Source: Escherichia phage EC1-UPM
Sequence record: NC_041906.1
Length of the DNA stretch: 64,000 nt
Reading direction: 5' to 3' (one strand)
Under the pieces are notes generated by a model, which saw only the letters and a list, made by a program, of their open reading frames with translations, was not told the DNA's origin and made no database searches. Made by a program: the position numbers and the translations under genes. Shown one piece after another: positions 39,715 to 51,501 of the stretch (its first letter is position 1; every line of letters begins with the position of its first letter).

Positions 39715-41661
39715 TTATCGAGGTTGCATATAGGGAGGTAAACCCTCTGCTAATTTTCGATAACGTTTAGCTCGTTCTTCATCTTCACGACTGCGTTCAC
39801 GCTCTACGGAAGCATTAGAACGGAAGTTCTGTGGAACCAGGTTCCCTTGATTAGCTACCACAGTATTAACAGCAGCATCCAGTGCAGCCCGTGCTCTTAC
39901 TAACTCAGCTTCACGAGCAGGAATAGTAGCAGCAAGTCCGCTTTGACCAGCAGCCACACGACGACGAGTATCAGCAAGTAAGGTTTCTGCTTGATCTACC
40001 TGGTTCTGGGCATTAGCAATATTACCCTGTACCTGAGTAAGAACATTATCACGAGCAGTAGCTTCAATGCCTTCCCCACGTCGCACTGAACGTGCTAGTT
40101 CTCTGGCAACGGTATCGTCAATACGAATACCATTACCACCTTCCGGTGATTTCCCTGGTGTAAGCGCATCCCAGGTACGACCAAGAATACCCTCTGGTAC
40201 GTTTGTAATAGATTGCTTAAGAATCTCAGCAGCTACAGCAGGAGACTGCCCCGATTCCTGCATAACTTTATTCAGTCGAGCTACCATCCATCCTTTCTCA
40301 GAACCTTTAAAAGCATCCTTGAGAAGACGGTCTGCTACTTCACCAATGGTGGAGTTGTCACGTAATGCACGAGCATAGTTAGCAGTAATGGTTCCAGTAT
40401 TATCTTCAGACTGGCGTGCAGCAACTGTATTGCCTGCCATGTTTGAAACTACTTGCTGGGTCTGTAGCTGGTCAAGAGGTGCACCTACTTCTGCCTGTGC
40501 AATTAACTGACGTGCTTCACTCCACGGCATATCCTTATAACCACCTACACCCAAGTCAGGCAATGCAGCCCAAGTCTTGGAAAGGTTACCACTCTTACGG
40601 TCATTAAAGATTGCTTCAGCTATTTTGTCCTGTACTTCAGGAGTCATTTGCTGATTACGCCAGTCTGAACCAAGTACCTTAGGTGCATAGTCTTCCAGGG
40701 TAGCTTTATTAATCTGGAATGCTCCTACAGGGGAATGACCTTGTGACGGGTTATTAATCATAGTTTGCTGATGATTAGTAACCTCACCCAGTGTCATTTC
40801 AGTAATAGGCTTATCAGTAGCAGCAAAGGTATAGGTTGCATCATAAGGGGAACCAGAACGAGTACCAGCAGTTCCAGGAGCAGAGCCAGAAGGGGATGTA
40901 GCATAAGTACCAGGGAATCTCTCGTTCACACCCCGCATGATTGCAGAACGTACACCTGGGGAAGCATTCTGCATAGCAGACTCTGCCAGTGTAAGAGCAT
41001 CCATAGGAGTGGAAGCACTACGGAAGATGTCAGTCAATATACCGGATGCAGCTTGTGAATCAGCATCATTACGTTGACGTACATTAAGGTCAAAGCGACT
41101 ACTTGCCTGATTAATAGCAGCACCACCTTGCCCCTGAAGACGGCTCAACATATCCAGTTGTTGGTCAGCAGGAAGTGCAGATAATGCATCACGGGTTTGA
41201 CCTAATGCAGTATTAATACGGTTCTGGTCACCTGACTGATAAGCCTCAGACAGCAAACGAATAGCCGGTGAAGCATTATCTAGGGCAGAGTCAGTATTCT
41301 GTAAACGACCGAAACGATAAGCATTGTAGTCATTGGTTCCTTGCTGACCTTGCTGAGTCAGAAGAGTACCTGCTCGCTCATCCAGATTCTGAAGAGTACG
41401 CTGACTTACTAATGAAGGGTCAACCCCCTGGAACAATGCACCTGATGCTAAAGCATTACGATACTCAGTAGGGTCTTGGTATCGCATAGCATTCATCATG
41501 ACGGCATTGCCAGCCTCCTGCTTGGCAGCGTTCTGGAAATTACCCAGTGCATCACTTAAGCCGGAGGTAGCGTTACCAATCATGTTTCCAAATGTGCGAA
41601 TGCTGTCACCTACTCCAGAGAAGTTAGGTGCATCAACATTTCTCCATGTTATCTGGCTCAT
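39715..41661 (-). CDS. virion/ejection protein (N4 gp51-like position)
   Basis: 648-aa ORF immediately upstream (in transcription order) of the vRNAP gene; Gln/Asn/Ala-rich. Confidence 0.5.
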   Translation of the reverse strand: MSQITWRNVDAPNFSGVGDSIRTFGNMIGNATSGLSDALGNFQNAAKQEAGNAVMMNAMRYQDPTEYRNALASGALFQGVDPSLVSQRTLQNLDERAGTLLTQQGQQGTNDYNAYRFGRLQNTDSALDNASPAIRLLSEAYQSGDQNRINTALGQTRDALSALPADQQLDMLSRLQGQGGAAINQASSRFDLNVRQRNDADSQAASGILTDIFRSASTPMDALTLAESAMQNASPGVRSAIMRGVNERFPGTYATSPSGSAPGTAGTRSGSPYDATYTFAATDKPITEMTLGEVTNHQQTMINNPSQGHSPVGAFQINKATLEDYAPKVLGSDWRNQQMTPEVQDKIAEAIFNDRKSGNLSKTWAALPDLGVGGYKDMPWSEARQLIAQAEVGAPLDQLQTQQVVSNMAGNTVAARQSEDNTGTITANYARALRDNSTIGEVADRLLKDAFKGSEKGWMVARLNKVMQESGQSPAVAAEILKQSITNVPEGILGRTWDALTPGKSPEGGNGIRIDDTVARELARSVRRGEGIEATARDNVLTQVQGNIANAQNQVDQAETLLADTRRRVAAGQSGLAATIPAREAELVRARAALDAAVNTVVANQGNLVPQNFRSNASVERERSREDEERAKRYRKLAEGLPPYMQPR

Positions 41662-41673
41662 GATGGTTTCCTA

Positions 41674-42144
41674 TTAACGAGTTAGCTTGTTAGCTGCAAT
41701 GTAAGCATCAGCTGAAGACTGGTCACGGTTTTCTGCCGTAGCACGACTACGAGCACGGTCTTCAAGTGCAGTGTTATAAGACTTAATCTGGTTATTCAGG
41801 TTAGTGTTAGTAACACTCTTAGCAAAGTTCAGCTGGTCTTTGGCTAACTTATTAGCCTGAAAACCACTATAGATATTTGCTAACGAACCAAGAGCACCCA
41901 GTCCTAGTTGGAAGGTAGGTATGTTCATACCAAGCTGGTCAGCTGAGCCATTACCCGAACCAAACAGTGAGTTATCTAGGTTTCCATTTAAAAAATCCAT
42001 ACCAACTACCTGTCCTGGCTGATAATTCATAGCTGGGGTATTAAAGTTCTGATTGTTATTAGACATCCAAGACATAGCAGCTGGCTGTGGGGTTTGGTTG
42101 CCTGTAAAGAATGACAAATCCATGGGGATTCTCCTGTTAAACAA
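41674..42144 (-). CDS. virion protein (N4 gp52-like position)
   Basis: 156-aa Asn/Gln-rich ORF, stop overlaps next gene. Confidence 0.45.
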   Translation of the reverse strand: MFNRRIPMDLSFFTGNQTPQPAAMSWMSNNNQNFNTPAMNYQPGQVVGMDFLNGNLDNSLFGSGNGSADQLGMNIPTFQLGLGALGSLANIYSGFQANKLAKDQLNFAKSVTNTNLNNQIKSYNTALEDRARSRATAENRDQSSADAYIAANKLTR

Positions 42145-44791
42145 GGTCAGTATTAAGAGTCATGTCAGAGTAGTTACCTATCATATCTAGAGACAAGTCA
42201 GCTATATCTGAACCAGTCATGAGCGTACGTGATAAGAATGAATCCAGCGACTCTATTGACACGAATTGCATTGGGTCAATTACACCCTGTCCAGCAGTAC
42301 CAAACATTTCTTCATACTGCTTATTGATTGCCATCATATCAGTATTGTACTGCTGCATTACTTTCTCTGCTTTCTGAATAGTAGCAGCCGTAGATGCATT
42401 AATATACTGGCTGATACCATTACCCACTGAACTGGTAAGCTGCATGATATTTTGGGCATTCATCATCTCACTCGCCAGAGTAGATAGAGATGTACCGGTA
42501 GACAAAGCAGTACCAACATTCATAGCTACCATTGAAGCGATAGCAGCAATGATAAAGCCCAGCTTGTCCCCGAACAGTGCGGCAGATACTTTAGTGATAA
42601 TAGATACAAGAATCATTCCAGCAATAGCATTTGCTACAGCACCCACTATCACAGCAGCTAATCCAACAAAGCCAAGTGATGCACCAACTGCACCATACGC
42701 TCCAAGTATACCTGCTCCACCAGCACCAGCTGTAAATACAGAGATAACCACAGCAACTACAACAACCAAAATCTTAAAAGCAGAGGAATGATACCATTTC
42801 TTCTTAACCTTCTTATATGAGTTCATCACTAAGTAGGAACAGGCAGTAGATAACTGAGTACTTCGAACCAGTGACATGGAACGGTATATGTTAGTGTGTA
42901 GTGGAATAATGAATCCACTTTCTTCTGCATCACCCATTGCCCCAGCAACATCAATGTGTACTGATTTATTCTTATATACCCTGTTATAGTGATTTAGACC
43001 CAGTACTCTTAGTTTACGGTAAGTGTTATTACCATCCTGCCAAAGTAACTCGTATTCCTGCATAGTGTAAAATGTAGGAGTAACCTCCAATTCCTTAACT
43101 GAACCGGAGTTACGAGAGGTACGCATATTCTTGCGAGTAAGGGTTATATCCCCTGCATACCTGGCTCGAAGCTGACCCTGTTTAGCACCAGGCCATGCTT
43201 TACCGGAGTGAGTAGTTTCAAATACATAGTTCCAGCCAATAGTCATGTCATACTTGTAATGTTTACTGCTATGTACCCTAAACTCTCGCTTAGGTATGAC
43301 AGGGTATTCCGGCAGTGGAGGGGGTGTTCCAACAATATGACCTTCATGCCTGTTCCACCATTCTACATATGTATCAACCGCATCATTGGCTGCCTGATAA
43401 CCTGCAATTACTGCTTCCAGAGTAGGGTAGGTTGGGTCAGGCGGAAATGCTTCAGTAGCCATCTGAAAGAAACGGTAGATGTATTCCTTAGCAGTATCCT
43501 CTGGGGTATTAAGAGATACACCGAATGTGCCATAAATGTATTGGATATCGCCTATGTCCTTATTCTTCTTAAGCTCAGTTATTACATTATTGAGTTTACC
43601 ACCAGTAGCTTTATAAAGAGCTTTCTTACAGTGAGGGTAGATTGGGTCATTCTCTACCCATTGTTTATCATTCCTGATCGGAATGAATGGGTAGAATCGG
43701 TTGTCAGTAGCTTCAGTCTCAAACAGTGAATCCAGTACAACGTTACCAGAGTTCTGTTTATAGATAAGCATCTTAGGTGTACCAACAGCAGTCATCTCAG
43801 TATCAGTACGAGTAGTCTGCGATGAATACTTACGAACCAGTGTCTCTGTGGTTGTAGTAATTGTATCAGTACGAGTAACACCACCACCTATATCAACTAC
43901 ATTAGTAGTTACAGAAGTACTGGATTGAACCTCACCAAACTTTTTATGAGTCATTACCCTGTCAGATACAACCACAGTTACATCATTAGGTTTCTCAGTA
44001 AATCCTCTACGGTAAACCTTAACGTAGGAGTTCCAGTTATCCACACTTGGTTCAGTGACGGTACTGTCTTCATCCGGTCTACCGTCAGAGTAAACAGAAT
44101 GAGTATGTATAGTCTTAGTAAGGTTAGTTGTATTAGCCGTCGTATCACTTGAGACAGTAGTCCATAACAAAGTGGAGGGTAAATCATCCTCATTATCATA
44201 GACAGTAGTTGGTCCCTCTACCGGTGGATTGGTAGATGGGGACTTATAGAATGAGTAATCAGCATAGAGATACAAAGCACCTGGTTCAAAGTTAGTGGGT
44301 GTGAATTTAATAGTAGAACCTCCATCCAGGGAGGTCATAGTAATTTCATTAGTATCTTCATCAATATCTATGTCGAATCGTTCCATGATTCGACTTGGAG
44401 CATTCTCATAAAGATACTGGTCACACCATTGTTCAAAGTCAGCAAAGCCAATCTCTGCTGCCTGAACATAAACAGACTCTCCAGCAGGTGGTGTAATTTG
44501 ACCCTCTATTACAGTAGGGTCAATCTTAGCCAGTACACCTAATGAAGAACCAGCCATACCAACTTCTGAATCATAGTGGTTCTTACTCCAGCTGGAGAAC
44601 AGTCGCATACGAATACCAGGTCCATTCATATAACTATCAGAGATAGTGTCTGCCATAGTGAATCCTGTATTGGAAACAATGTTACCAATGACTACAGTCT
44701 TCATATAGTTAGGACGTTTGTGTATATCCCCTGCCATGTTATAGACAGAGGATGCTACGTATACTTTGGTCTTCCCACTGAATAAACCCAT
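42137..44791 (-). CDS. large virion protein with Gly/Ala-rich multi-helix hydrophobic region (N4 gp53-like position)
   Basis: 884 aa; C-terminal ~150 aa contain consecutive hydrophobic Gly/Ala-rich segments (VVVAVVISVFTAGAGGAGILGAYGAVGASLGFVGLAAVIVGAVANAIAGMILVSII...). Confidence 0.5.
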   Translation of the reverse strand: MGLFSGKTKVYVASSVYNMAGDIHKRPNYMKTVVIGNIVSNTGFTMADTISDSYMNGPGIRMRLFSSWSKNHYDSEVGMAGSSLGVLAKIDPTVIEGQITPPAGESVYVQAAEIGFADFEQWCDQYLYENAPSRIMERFDIDIDEDTNEITMTSLDGGSTIKFTPTNFEPGALYLYADYSFYKSPSTNPPVEGPTTVYDNEDDLPSTLLWTTVSSDTTANTTNLTKTIHTHSVYSDGRPDEDSTVTEPSVDNWNSYVKVYRRGFTEKPNDVTVVVSDRVMTHKKFGEVQSSTSVTTNVVDIGGGVTRTDTITTTTETLVRKYSSQTTRTDTEMTAVGTPKMLIYKQNSGNVVLDSLFETEATDNRFYPFIPIRNDKQWVENDPIYPHCKKALYKATGGKLNNVITELKKNKDIGDIQYIYGTFGVSLNTPEDTAKEYIYRFFQMATEAFPPDPTYPTLEAVIAGYQAANDAVDTYVEWWNRHEGHIVGTPPPLPEYPVIPKREFRVHSSKHYKYDMTIGWNYVFETTHSGKAWPGAKQGQLRARYAGDITLTRKNMRTSRNSGSVKELEVTPTFYTMQEYELLWQDGNNTYRKLRVLGLNHYNRVYKNKSVHIDVAGAMGDAEESGFIIPLHTNIYRSMSLVRSTQLSTACSYLVMNSYKKVKKKWYHSSAFKILVVVVAVVISVFTAGAGGAGILGAYGAVGASLGFVGLAAVIVGAVANAIAGMILVSIITKVSAALFGDKLGFIIAAIASMVAMNVGTALSTGTSLSTLASEMMNAQNIMQLTSSVGNGISQYINASTAATIQKAEKVMQQYNTDMMAINKQYEEMFGTAGQGVIDPMQFVSIESLDSFLSRTLMTGSDIADLSLDMIGNYSDMTLNTDLV

Positions 44792-44792
44792 A

Positions 44793-45635
44793 TTAGTTCA
44801 GCCCGTTGTTAGACTTCAGCTTGGTCAGAATGGTATCAATACTTGCGTTAGTGAAACCATTAGGTGGATTCAAGCCTTCATCAATAGTCTTCTGAGTAAT
44901 CCATGCATCAGTAAACAGCTTGGATGCTTTAACTTCTGCATCACGTTGGTAAGAGGTAATCTGTTGGGTATACAGATCTTTCTGTTTACCAACAGAACCT
45001 TTAACTACTGCACCATCTGTACGAGTGTCCAGAGTCTGTGCACGTTGTGCTTCGGTCTGCTCGGTAAGCAACTTAAGCTGCTGAGGTAACATCTGCCCGA
45101 CATTAAACAATGCAGCACAGTACGTTTCAGACTCAGTAGCAATCTTCATCTTAGTAAGGGCATACTCACTCTTAGCAGACAGTGCCTGAAGCTTAGCTAG
45201 TACAAACTGAGCTTTAGAGGTAGCCAACGTAACACGAGCAGTAACTGCCTGAATCTGTGCCAATGCAGCAGCCCAGTATGCCTGGTCACGACCAAGTAAG
45301 AACTGAACAGCATTACTCATGCACGATTCCATCATAGCAATGTATGCTTTGGTGTATTCACCACCTGTAATACGGTTAGCCTTAAACTCAGCCTTAAGGT
45401 GATTGTGTGCAGATTCCATTAATGCATCAAACGTACCACTACCACCTACTTCACGAGTAGTAAGAGATTCATTGGTTATTTTGGTAATAGCACCAAAGAT
45501 TGGAGAACCATCCCCACCTGGGATATCCCACTCAGGACCGGACATATCAATATCAGGAAGGGTAAAATCATCACCCTTAGTCAACTCCTCAAGGAGTCGG
45601 TTAGCTTCTACCTCAGCAGAACAAGACATAATCAT
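44793..45635 (-). CDS. virion structural protein (N4 gp54-like position)
   Basis: 280-aa ORF within the structural operon. Confidence 0.5.
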   Translation of the reverse strand: MIMSCSAEVEANRLLEELTKGDDFTLPDIDMSGPEWDIPGGDGSPIFGAITKITNESLTTREVGGSGTFDALMESAHNHLKAEFKANRITGGEYTKAYIAMMESCMSNAVQFLLGRDQAYWAAALAQIQAVTARVTLATSKAQFVLAKLQALSAKSEYALTKMKIATESETYCAALFNVGQMLPQQLKLLTEQTEAQRAQTLDTRTDGAVVKGSVGKQKDLYTQQITSYQRDAEVKASKLFTDAWITQKTIDEGLNPPNGFTNASIDTILTKLKSNNGLN

Positions 45636-45705
45636 TCCTCTTGGTTCAAAAAGAAACGGCCCACGGAGTTACCCCAGTGAGCCGTGTTGAACTGTAGCTT
45701 ATACG

Positions 45706-46344
45706 TTAATCGTTAAGGCTACCAGCAGCAATCTGTGCTTGAGCCAGTTGAGCTAATTCAGCTTCAGTCAACGGAGGCAGTACTTCAATGGAGAACTCGC
45801 GTGCTTCTGTTGCACGGATGTCCGGTAAGCCATTCTTACCTTTACGGGTAGTAATGTTAATGAACTTACGCTCTTTAAGGAACTCGTAGATACAGTACGG
45901 GATGTGATAACCATTGTCGGTTACTTCACCGAACGGAACAAACTTACGTACAGTACCCATATATTCGTTAGCTACGGTGATAATCTCACCCGGCAGATCT
46001 TTCTTCTTAGGGTCAAGGTTCTGGATACGTACACGAATCAGTCGAGTCTGTTCTGCACGAATCTTCTGACCCAGGGTCATCTTCTTAACACCAGCTTCTT
46101 GATTAGCACCCAATGGGTTAACAGTAGCTTCTACTACTGGTTCATCTTTTACTTGTGCAGCTTCAATCTTCTCACGAAGCTTCTCAACGGAAATGTTGTT
46201 AGAGAACTTGATATTCATCAACGTTGCACGTTGCTTAAGAACTTCAAGTTCGCTAGGCATTGCAATATCGTTAACGGTATCTTCGTTGCCCTGTACGTTC
46301 ACTTCTACGTCAGTGGTCGGTTTATCGTTAATGCTCATGTTCAT
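45706..46344 (-). CDS. virion structural protein (N4 gp55-like position)
   Basis: 212-aa ORF directly downstream of the capsid gene in transcription order. Confidence 0.45.
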   Translation of the reverse strand: MNMSINDKPTTDVEVNVQGNEDTVNDIAMPSELEVLKQRATLMNIKFSNNISVEKLREKIEAAQVKDEPVVEATVNPLGANQEAGVKKMTLGQKIRAEQTRLIRVRIQNLDPKKKDLPGEIITVANEYMGTVRKFVPFGEVTDNGYHIPYCIYEFLKERKFINITTRKGKNGLPDIRATEAREFSIEVLPPLTEAELAQLAQAQIAAGSLND

Positions 46345-46411
46345 ATTTCCTGTGGTTCGTTTAGTTTTATTAAGAGGGGGACTTATGTCCCCCTTGTTTT
46401 ATTTCGGACTA

Positions 46412-47614
46412 TTACAGAGGAGCAACAGTCTTAATCAGAGCCAGACGTTCTGGGCGTTTAACCAGAATACCATAGTACCACTTGATAGAACTGAAGCCAG
46501 TTTCACCATACGGGTCGTTACGGTCAGCAGTTTCTTTACCAGGCATCTTAGTCATGATGGTGAACTTAACAGACTTACCATCAGTCTGGAAGCCAATGGT
46601 AGAGAAGGAGTCATCACCAACTACCAGCATCGGGAATACGTCGTAGTGCTCCTGACCAGATACCATAGAGGTACGGTAGCCTGGGTTAGTAGTAACCTGT
46701 GCACCAGCACCTGCCCAATGCAGCATCTCAGGAACCTGGATAATACGGAACTTATCAATACAACCGATTTCACCATTCATCAGAGTACCAGCGTCAGCAT
46801 AGTGCTGAATTTCAATGAATGCTTTGTTACCGAACAGGTCTTTCATCGCTTTCAGTTCTGGAACCAGTTCAGAACCTACGTACATTACACGAGTACCACC
46901 AAGTACTTTGGTATCTGTCAGTTTAGAACCAGTGATGATAGTAGTCTGGGTCGGAGTACGGTTCTCAGTAAGAATCTGGTCAAGACGCATCAAGTTCTTA
47001 TAAGAAACTACAGACGGGGTAGCACCTTCACCGGTGATGGTAGCATCAGAGACAGCAGCACCTGCATACAGTACAGTACCGGCAGCAGCCAACAGGTCTT
47101 TCTGAAGAACAGCCTCAGTCAACTGTACAGCACCATTCATCAGTTCACGGGACAGGTGTTCTTTCAGTTGGTCATCAGAATCAAAGTCCAGAGACTCTTG
47201 GGTAAATTCGTAGAAGAAGCCGAACTTATGAATAGAGCCTTCACGAGCAAGACGAGTGAAGCCTACACGGTTAACACGACCACCGTTCTCTGACAACAGG
47301 GGCAGTTTAGAGGTGATGTTACCAACGTCTTTAGAAGAACCATACAGGTTACCGTTAACGATGGTAGCACCATTAGCATCAATACCCTGGTCGTTAATGT
47401 TCTTATCGTCGAGCAGAGGAACGTACTCATACACCTTAACAGTCTTACCGTAGTTCTTCGGCATGTTAACGGTGTTAGCTAGAGGCATGAAATACTGGTC
47501 TTTACGGGACTGAATAATAGCCTTCTTCAGCCAGTAATAGGTATTCATCTGGTCGGAACCAGCACCATCAATGCTAGATTTCTGACCGTCAATTGGAGCG
47601 TTATAGTTTAACAT
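46412..47614 (-). CDS. major capsid protein
   Basis: 400-aa ORF with strong codon regularity located between portal/scaffold-like and virion genes; size matches the N4 major coat protein. Confidence 0.65.
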   Translation of the reverse strand: MLNYNAPIDGQKSSIDGAGSDQMNTYYWLKKAIIQSRKDQYFMPLANTVNMPKNYGKTVKVYEYVPLLDDKNINDQGIDANGATIVNGNLYGSSKDVGNITSKLPLLSENGGRVNRVGFTRLAREGSIHKFGFFYEFTQESLDFDSDDQLKEHLSRELMNGAVQLTEAVLQKDLLAAAGTVLYAGAAVSDATITGEGATPSVVSYKNLMRLDQILTENRTPTQTTIITGSKLTDTKVLGGTRVMYVGSELVPELKAMKDLFGNKAFIEIQHYADAGTLMNGEIGCIDKFRIIQVPEMLHWAGAGAQVTTNPGYRTSMVSGQEHYDVFPMLVVGDDSFSTIGFQTDGKSVKFTIMTKMPGKETADRNDPYGETGFSSIKWYYGILVKRPERLALIKTVAPL

Positions 47615-47630
47615 ATCATCTCATTCCTGT

Positions 47631-48851
47631 TTAAAGACTACCCGGTACTGGGAGTTTAGCGAAATCTTCATCACTCATAGCGAGTGGGTTTACAATAGGC
47701 GTTGCTTTACGTGTAGCAGCCCGATTAAGGGAAGCTGCTTTAGCTTGCTCATTATTAGCCAGAGTCTGCTTAGGTCGTGCTACACGCACTACCGGCTGAA
47801 CAGCTGGTTTAACTGCTTGTACTGGTTCAGGCTTAGCCACTTGGTTAAATGCTCCTTGTTGTGCAAGAAGGTTACCAACGTGGTTATAAGCCTGAATAAA
47901 CGGAGTACCTACCGGAATCTGGCCTAACATCTGAAGACGATTCACTTCGTTAGCAATGGTGTCATAAATACCATTCTCACGTTGTTCGTGAATGGTGTGA
48001 AGTAAGCCACGGTTCTGATAAAGAGCATCTTTACTGGCAGCATCCCATGTCGAGCTAATAACACCTAATGTAGCTTGTCCTTCTTGAGTAGACTTTAAGT
48101 CGTCAATTTCGGTTGCAAAATCTGCTTCGGTGTCTGTAACACGGTAATTGCCACCCTGGTAGTTAATTTCCTCATCAGGATTAAAGTCCAGAGGATCTGT
48201 ACCAGAGTCTTTCAACAACTTTTTAATGGCTTCAGGATTCTTCTTATCCAGGTCAATCAGGAAAGAAAGTTTTTCCTCATCCATTAAACCGTTGTTCTGT
48301 AGCATCAGCATTACCTTACGGTACGGCTGAAGTTCTTGCATCTTACGAGTATAGTTAGCACCCATCTGCATCAGGCTAATGGCCTCCTCCGGAGAACGGG
48401 GAGTAATCATTTTGCCGTTGGCTTTAAAAGGAGCCATCAACTTCTCATAACCTTCCTTATAGTTGAAGTCAGCAGGCAGACCTTCAGACTGTTTGCCTTC
48501 TTCTTTCTGTTCCTGGCCTGGTTCAGCAGTAGAAGGTTCAGCTTTAGTAATCGGCTTACCGTTACTATCAACTTCTGTGTCAACAACTTTATCATCAACT
48601 TTATCAGAAGTTAAAGAATTTGCTGAATCATCTTCATCTGGGTCAGGTTCAGTGGAGGTTTCTTCGGTTGGTAGGTCTTCAACAGCAGGGGGGTCAACTT
48701 CTTCTTCAGGAGTCTGTACGCCGTTGGTTTCTGGGTTGTTCTGAGTGGAAGTAACTTCCTCAGCAATAATAGCTGGGACTTCCATATTCAGAATCTCATC
48801 ATCCGACATTGCGAGAATGTCGGAAGCTGTGGTTGCAGCTTCCGTAGTCAT
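47631..48851 (-). CDS. scaffolding-like protein
   Basis: 406 aa with a highly acidic, low-complexity N-terminal third and alpha-helical-looking remainder; located between portal and capsid genes. Confidence 0.45.
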   Translation of the reverse strand: MTTEAATTASDILAMSDDEILNMEVPAIIAEEVTSTQNNPETNGVQTPEEEVDPPAVEDLPTEETSTEPDPDEDDSANSLTSDKVDDKVVDTEVDSNGKPITKAEPSTAEPGQEQKEEGKQSEGLPADFNYKEGYEKLMAPFKANGKMITPRSPEEAISLMQMGANYTRKMQELQPYRKVMLMLQNNGLMDEEKLSFLIDLDKKNPEAIKKLLKDSGTDPLDFNPDEEINYQGGNYRVTDTEADFATEIDDLKSTQEGQATLGVISSTWDAASKDALYQNRGLLHTIHEQRENGIYDTIANEVNRLQMLGQIPVGTPFIQAYNHVGNLLAQQGAFNQVAKPEPVQAVKPAVQPVVRVARPKQTLANNEQAKAASLNRAATRKATPIVNPLAMSDEDFAKLPVPGSL

Positions 48852-48870
48852 AGGAAATATCTCCGGTTAA

Positions 48871-49215
48871 TTATTCGTCTTCAGGTTCAGCACGAACTGC
48901 GTCGAGTTCTTCTTCTACCTGTAGAATAACGTCAGCTTCGTTTTCACCCATACGAATGGCGAGGTCGAGCCAACGACGTAAGTGACCAGCAGCTTGAGCC
49001 ATGTTCAGTGCATCTGCACGGTTATTTGGTTCAAGCAGTGGGTCACCAGACTCCTGCACGTAACGTGCACAATCTTCCACACAGAATTGGCGAAGAATTA
49101 CTTTACGGAACAGTGGATTCTCCAGAAGTTTACGTACATCTTCTGCATGTGCAACTGCACCTTTAGCAGCTTCCAGTCGATGTTCCAGTCCTGCGATTGT
49201 TGATTCTTTACTCAT
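48871..49215 (-). CDS. hypothetical structural-module protein
   Basis: 114-aa ORF between portal and scaffold-like genes. Confidence 0.4.
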   Translation of the reverse strand: MSKESTIAGLEHRLEAAKGAVAHAEDVRKLLENPLFRKVILRQFCVEDCARYVQESGDPLLEPNNRADALNMAQAAGHLRRWLDLAIRMGENEADVILQVEEELDAVRAEPEDE

Positions 49216-49228
49216 GTGAAGGTCTGCC

Positions 49229-51499
49229 TTATAGGTTCATACCAAGAGCCGATGCTGGGTCTTGGCTAGGGTCATAATACTGGGAACTGAGTGAATAAGT
49301 CGGATCTTGCTGTGCAGCTAAGTCACGTTCCTGTAAAGAGTTCCCGTTAGTCAAAGCGTTATATCCGACAGCAGCAGATATGTTGGGGGTAGTTTCACCT
49401 TCTTTAGTAGGTGTTGTCAACGCCTTAGTTATTTGAAGGTTCTGGTTTCCTTGAGATTGTGCTTTTTGTTTTTCCATATCACGAGCATGTTTAGTACCAG
49501 ATTCCTGTTCCAGATAATCAAGGTCTTTAAGGTCACCGCTAGAAGCAGCTTCTTTAGCTTTAGCATTATTAAGTGCAATCTTACTTTGCAGCTCTTCGTT
49601 CTCAAGCTGTGCTTTCTGAATTGCTAATTGCTTAAGCTGTTCCTCCATAGGGTCTGGTTGTGGTTTCCAGGTACGTAATTCATGAGCAAGGTCTGGCATA
49701 CGTTTAAGTTCTGCAATCTTAGCTACAAGGGATAATGTAATAGTCTGGTCAACTGTATTACCTAATGTTTGAACCATGAAGCTCAGGTCTTGAGATTTCT
49801 GGTTATCAATCTCAGCAGTATTAATATCAACTTCAATGTCGAAGTTACCTTTAAGGTCTTCACGGTTAATTTCTACATACTGTTCATTAGTAATACGTAC
49901 TACTTCCTTCTCAGATAAGAACACAGCATTCATTGCACAAATCTTAGTACCAATGTCTGCCATACCCTTAGCTAATCGACGAAGAATTGCCATTTCACGT
50001 TTAGATGCTGCATCAAGTGCACCACGAATACCAGCAGCTACATCTCCATAGGCTGCACCAGTTACACCACCAGAGAATGCTTTAACACCTGTTAGTGCTT
50101 CTGCTTCCTGGTTCTGCATCTGAGTCATTACTATTGCCGACTGAGGTAACTCTGGGAACTTATGCTCCATAATAGACTGACTAGGGTTACCCTGCATTGG
50201 GTTATATTCATAGTCTTGCCCATCGTCATACCGACGTCGGTTAAGAGTATCTAACATCCCTTTAGGATAACCACGTTGCCCGTTTGCACTTCGACCTAAT
50301 AGGTCAATCATCCCACGCATGGTTGCACCAAGAATTGCTTGGTTATCCCCTAACAGTTCAGCATCAGCTTCACCATAGAGTTCACGTTTACGGGGCATAT
50401 ATGGAACAACTACCAAAGGTAATTTACCATCCGGGAATGGGTTCTTCTCCATACGAATAAGAGTAGAACCAATCCAGGTAGCAACAATAGGTTCAAGTGA
50501 ACCATCATCATTGATGTCATAGAATCCCCAGTATTCATAAGCAATGACTTTCTTACGAAGTGCATCCTTAAACTGGAAATCACCAGGAGTTTTACTTTCA
50601 TGGTCCGGGTCAGTCATAGGACTAGAACTTTCCCAGTCAATCTTATCCAGGTTGTGATAACGGTCTTTGTTTTTCATGAGGTCTGCTTTGCACGTCTCAA
50701 AGGAGATAACTGCATAAAGAGCCTTATCCAAATCACCATTACAGCTTGGGTCAATAACTACGTTATTAGGGTTAAGCATTTCAACAGTAGGTCTGTTAAC
50801 CAGTGCTTTCTCTACCTCTACCTCAGTAACACCAGTCTGGATTGCATACGTAGCTTCCCCAGTTTCATTGAAGTAGTTAACAGCTTCCTTAATATCTTCC
50901 GGCATTGTTTCATCATACTCACGGGGATTTTCTGCCTGAAGCTGTAGAGCCTGCTGAAGAATATCTGCTTGTTCTTGGTTCTCAATTGGATACAACTGGA
51001 AGACTGGTGTTTCTGTTTTAATCTTAACAGTCTTACGTTCCCAACCAATACGAGCAATACCAGTGCCATCATCTACGACACTGTGTACGTAATCATCTAC
51101 CAGTTTTACTTTATTAAGCTGAGTACGGAATTGGTAGTTAAGAACTAGTTCATTCTGACGTGCAGCTAACTCATCTTCAAAAGTAACAGGGGTTACCTTA
51201 AAGAGTTTATTAGATGAAAGGAATGGTTCGGACAATGGTGCATAACGCCACTCTGCCTGACGGCGAACCAGTCTAGGTTGGACTTGTGAGCGTCCTTTAA
51301 CCTTTGGGGGTTTAGCCTTGCCCTTAACTTCCATCAAGTCATTCCACTCACGAATCTGAGCCATGATTGCATCGTGAGCAGGTTTAGCTGATTCCAAATC
51401 ACCTTTCAGTAATTGGATACTTGGTTCCTTCTTCCAGTCCGTTAACTTCTCTGATTGAGCCGGGTCTGGTAAAGGCTTAAAAGTGTCTTGGTGTTCCAT
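49229..51499 (-). CDS. portal protein
   Basis: 756-aa ORF upstream of scaffold/capsid genes; size and order match the N4 portal. Confidence 0.65.
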   Translation of the reverse strand: MEHQDTFKPLPDPAQSEKLTDWKKEPSIQLLKGDLESAKPAHDAIMAQIREWNDLMEVKGKAKPPKVKGRSQVQPRLVRRQAEWRYAPLSEPFLSSNKLFKVTPVTFEDELAARQNELVLNYQFRTQLNKVKLVDDYVHSVVDDGTGIARIGWERKTVKIKTETPVFQLYPIENQEQADILQQALQLQAENPREYDETMPEDIKEAVNYFNETGEATYAIQTGVTEVEVEKALVNRPTVEMLNPNNVVIDPSCNGDLDKALYAVISFETCKADLMKNKDRYHNLDKIDWESSSPMTDPDHESKTPGDFQFKDALRKKVIAYEYWGFYDINDDGSLEPIVATWIGSTLIRMEKNPFPDGKLPLVVVPYMPRKRELYGEADAELLGDNQAILGATMRGMIDLLGRSANGQRGYPKGMLDTLNRRRYDDGQDYEYNPMQGNPSQSIMEHKFPELPQSAIVMTQMQNQEAEALTGVKAFSGGVTGAAYGDVAAGIRGALDAASKREMAILRRLAKGMADIGTKICAMNAVFLSEKEVVRITNEQYVEINREDLKGNFDIEVDINTAEIDNQKSQDLSFMVQTLGNTVDQTITLSLVAKIAELKRMPDLAHELRTWKPQPDPMEEQLKQLAIQKAQLENEELQSKIALNNAKAKEAASSGDLKDLDYLEQESGTKHARDMEKQKAQSQGNQNLQITKALTTPTKEGETTPNISAAVGYNALTNGNSLQERDLAAQQDPTYSLSSQYYDPSQDPASALGMNL

Positions 51500-51501
51500 A
51501 G

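Noticed and set aside
39715-41661. Possible lysozyme/transglycosylase-like segment in the 648-aa virion protein (around SPVGAFQINKATLEDY)
   Set aside because: Only a loose resemblance to a GLMQ-type motif with no clear catalytic Glu context; too weak to annotate without a profile search.
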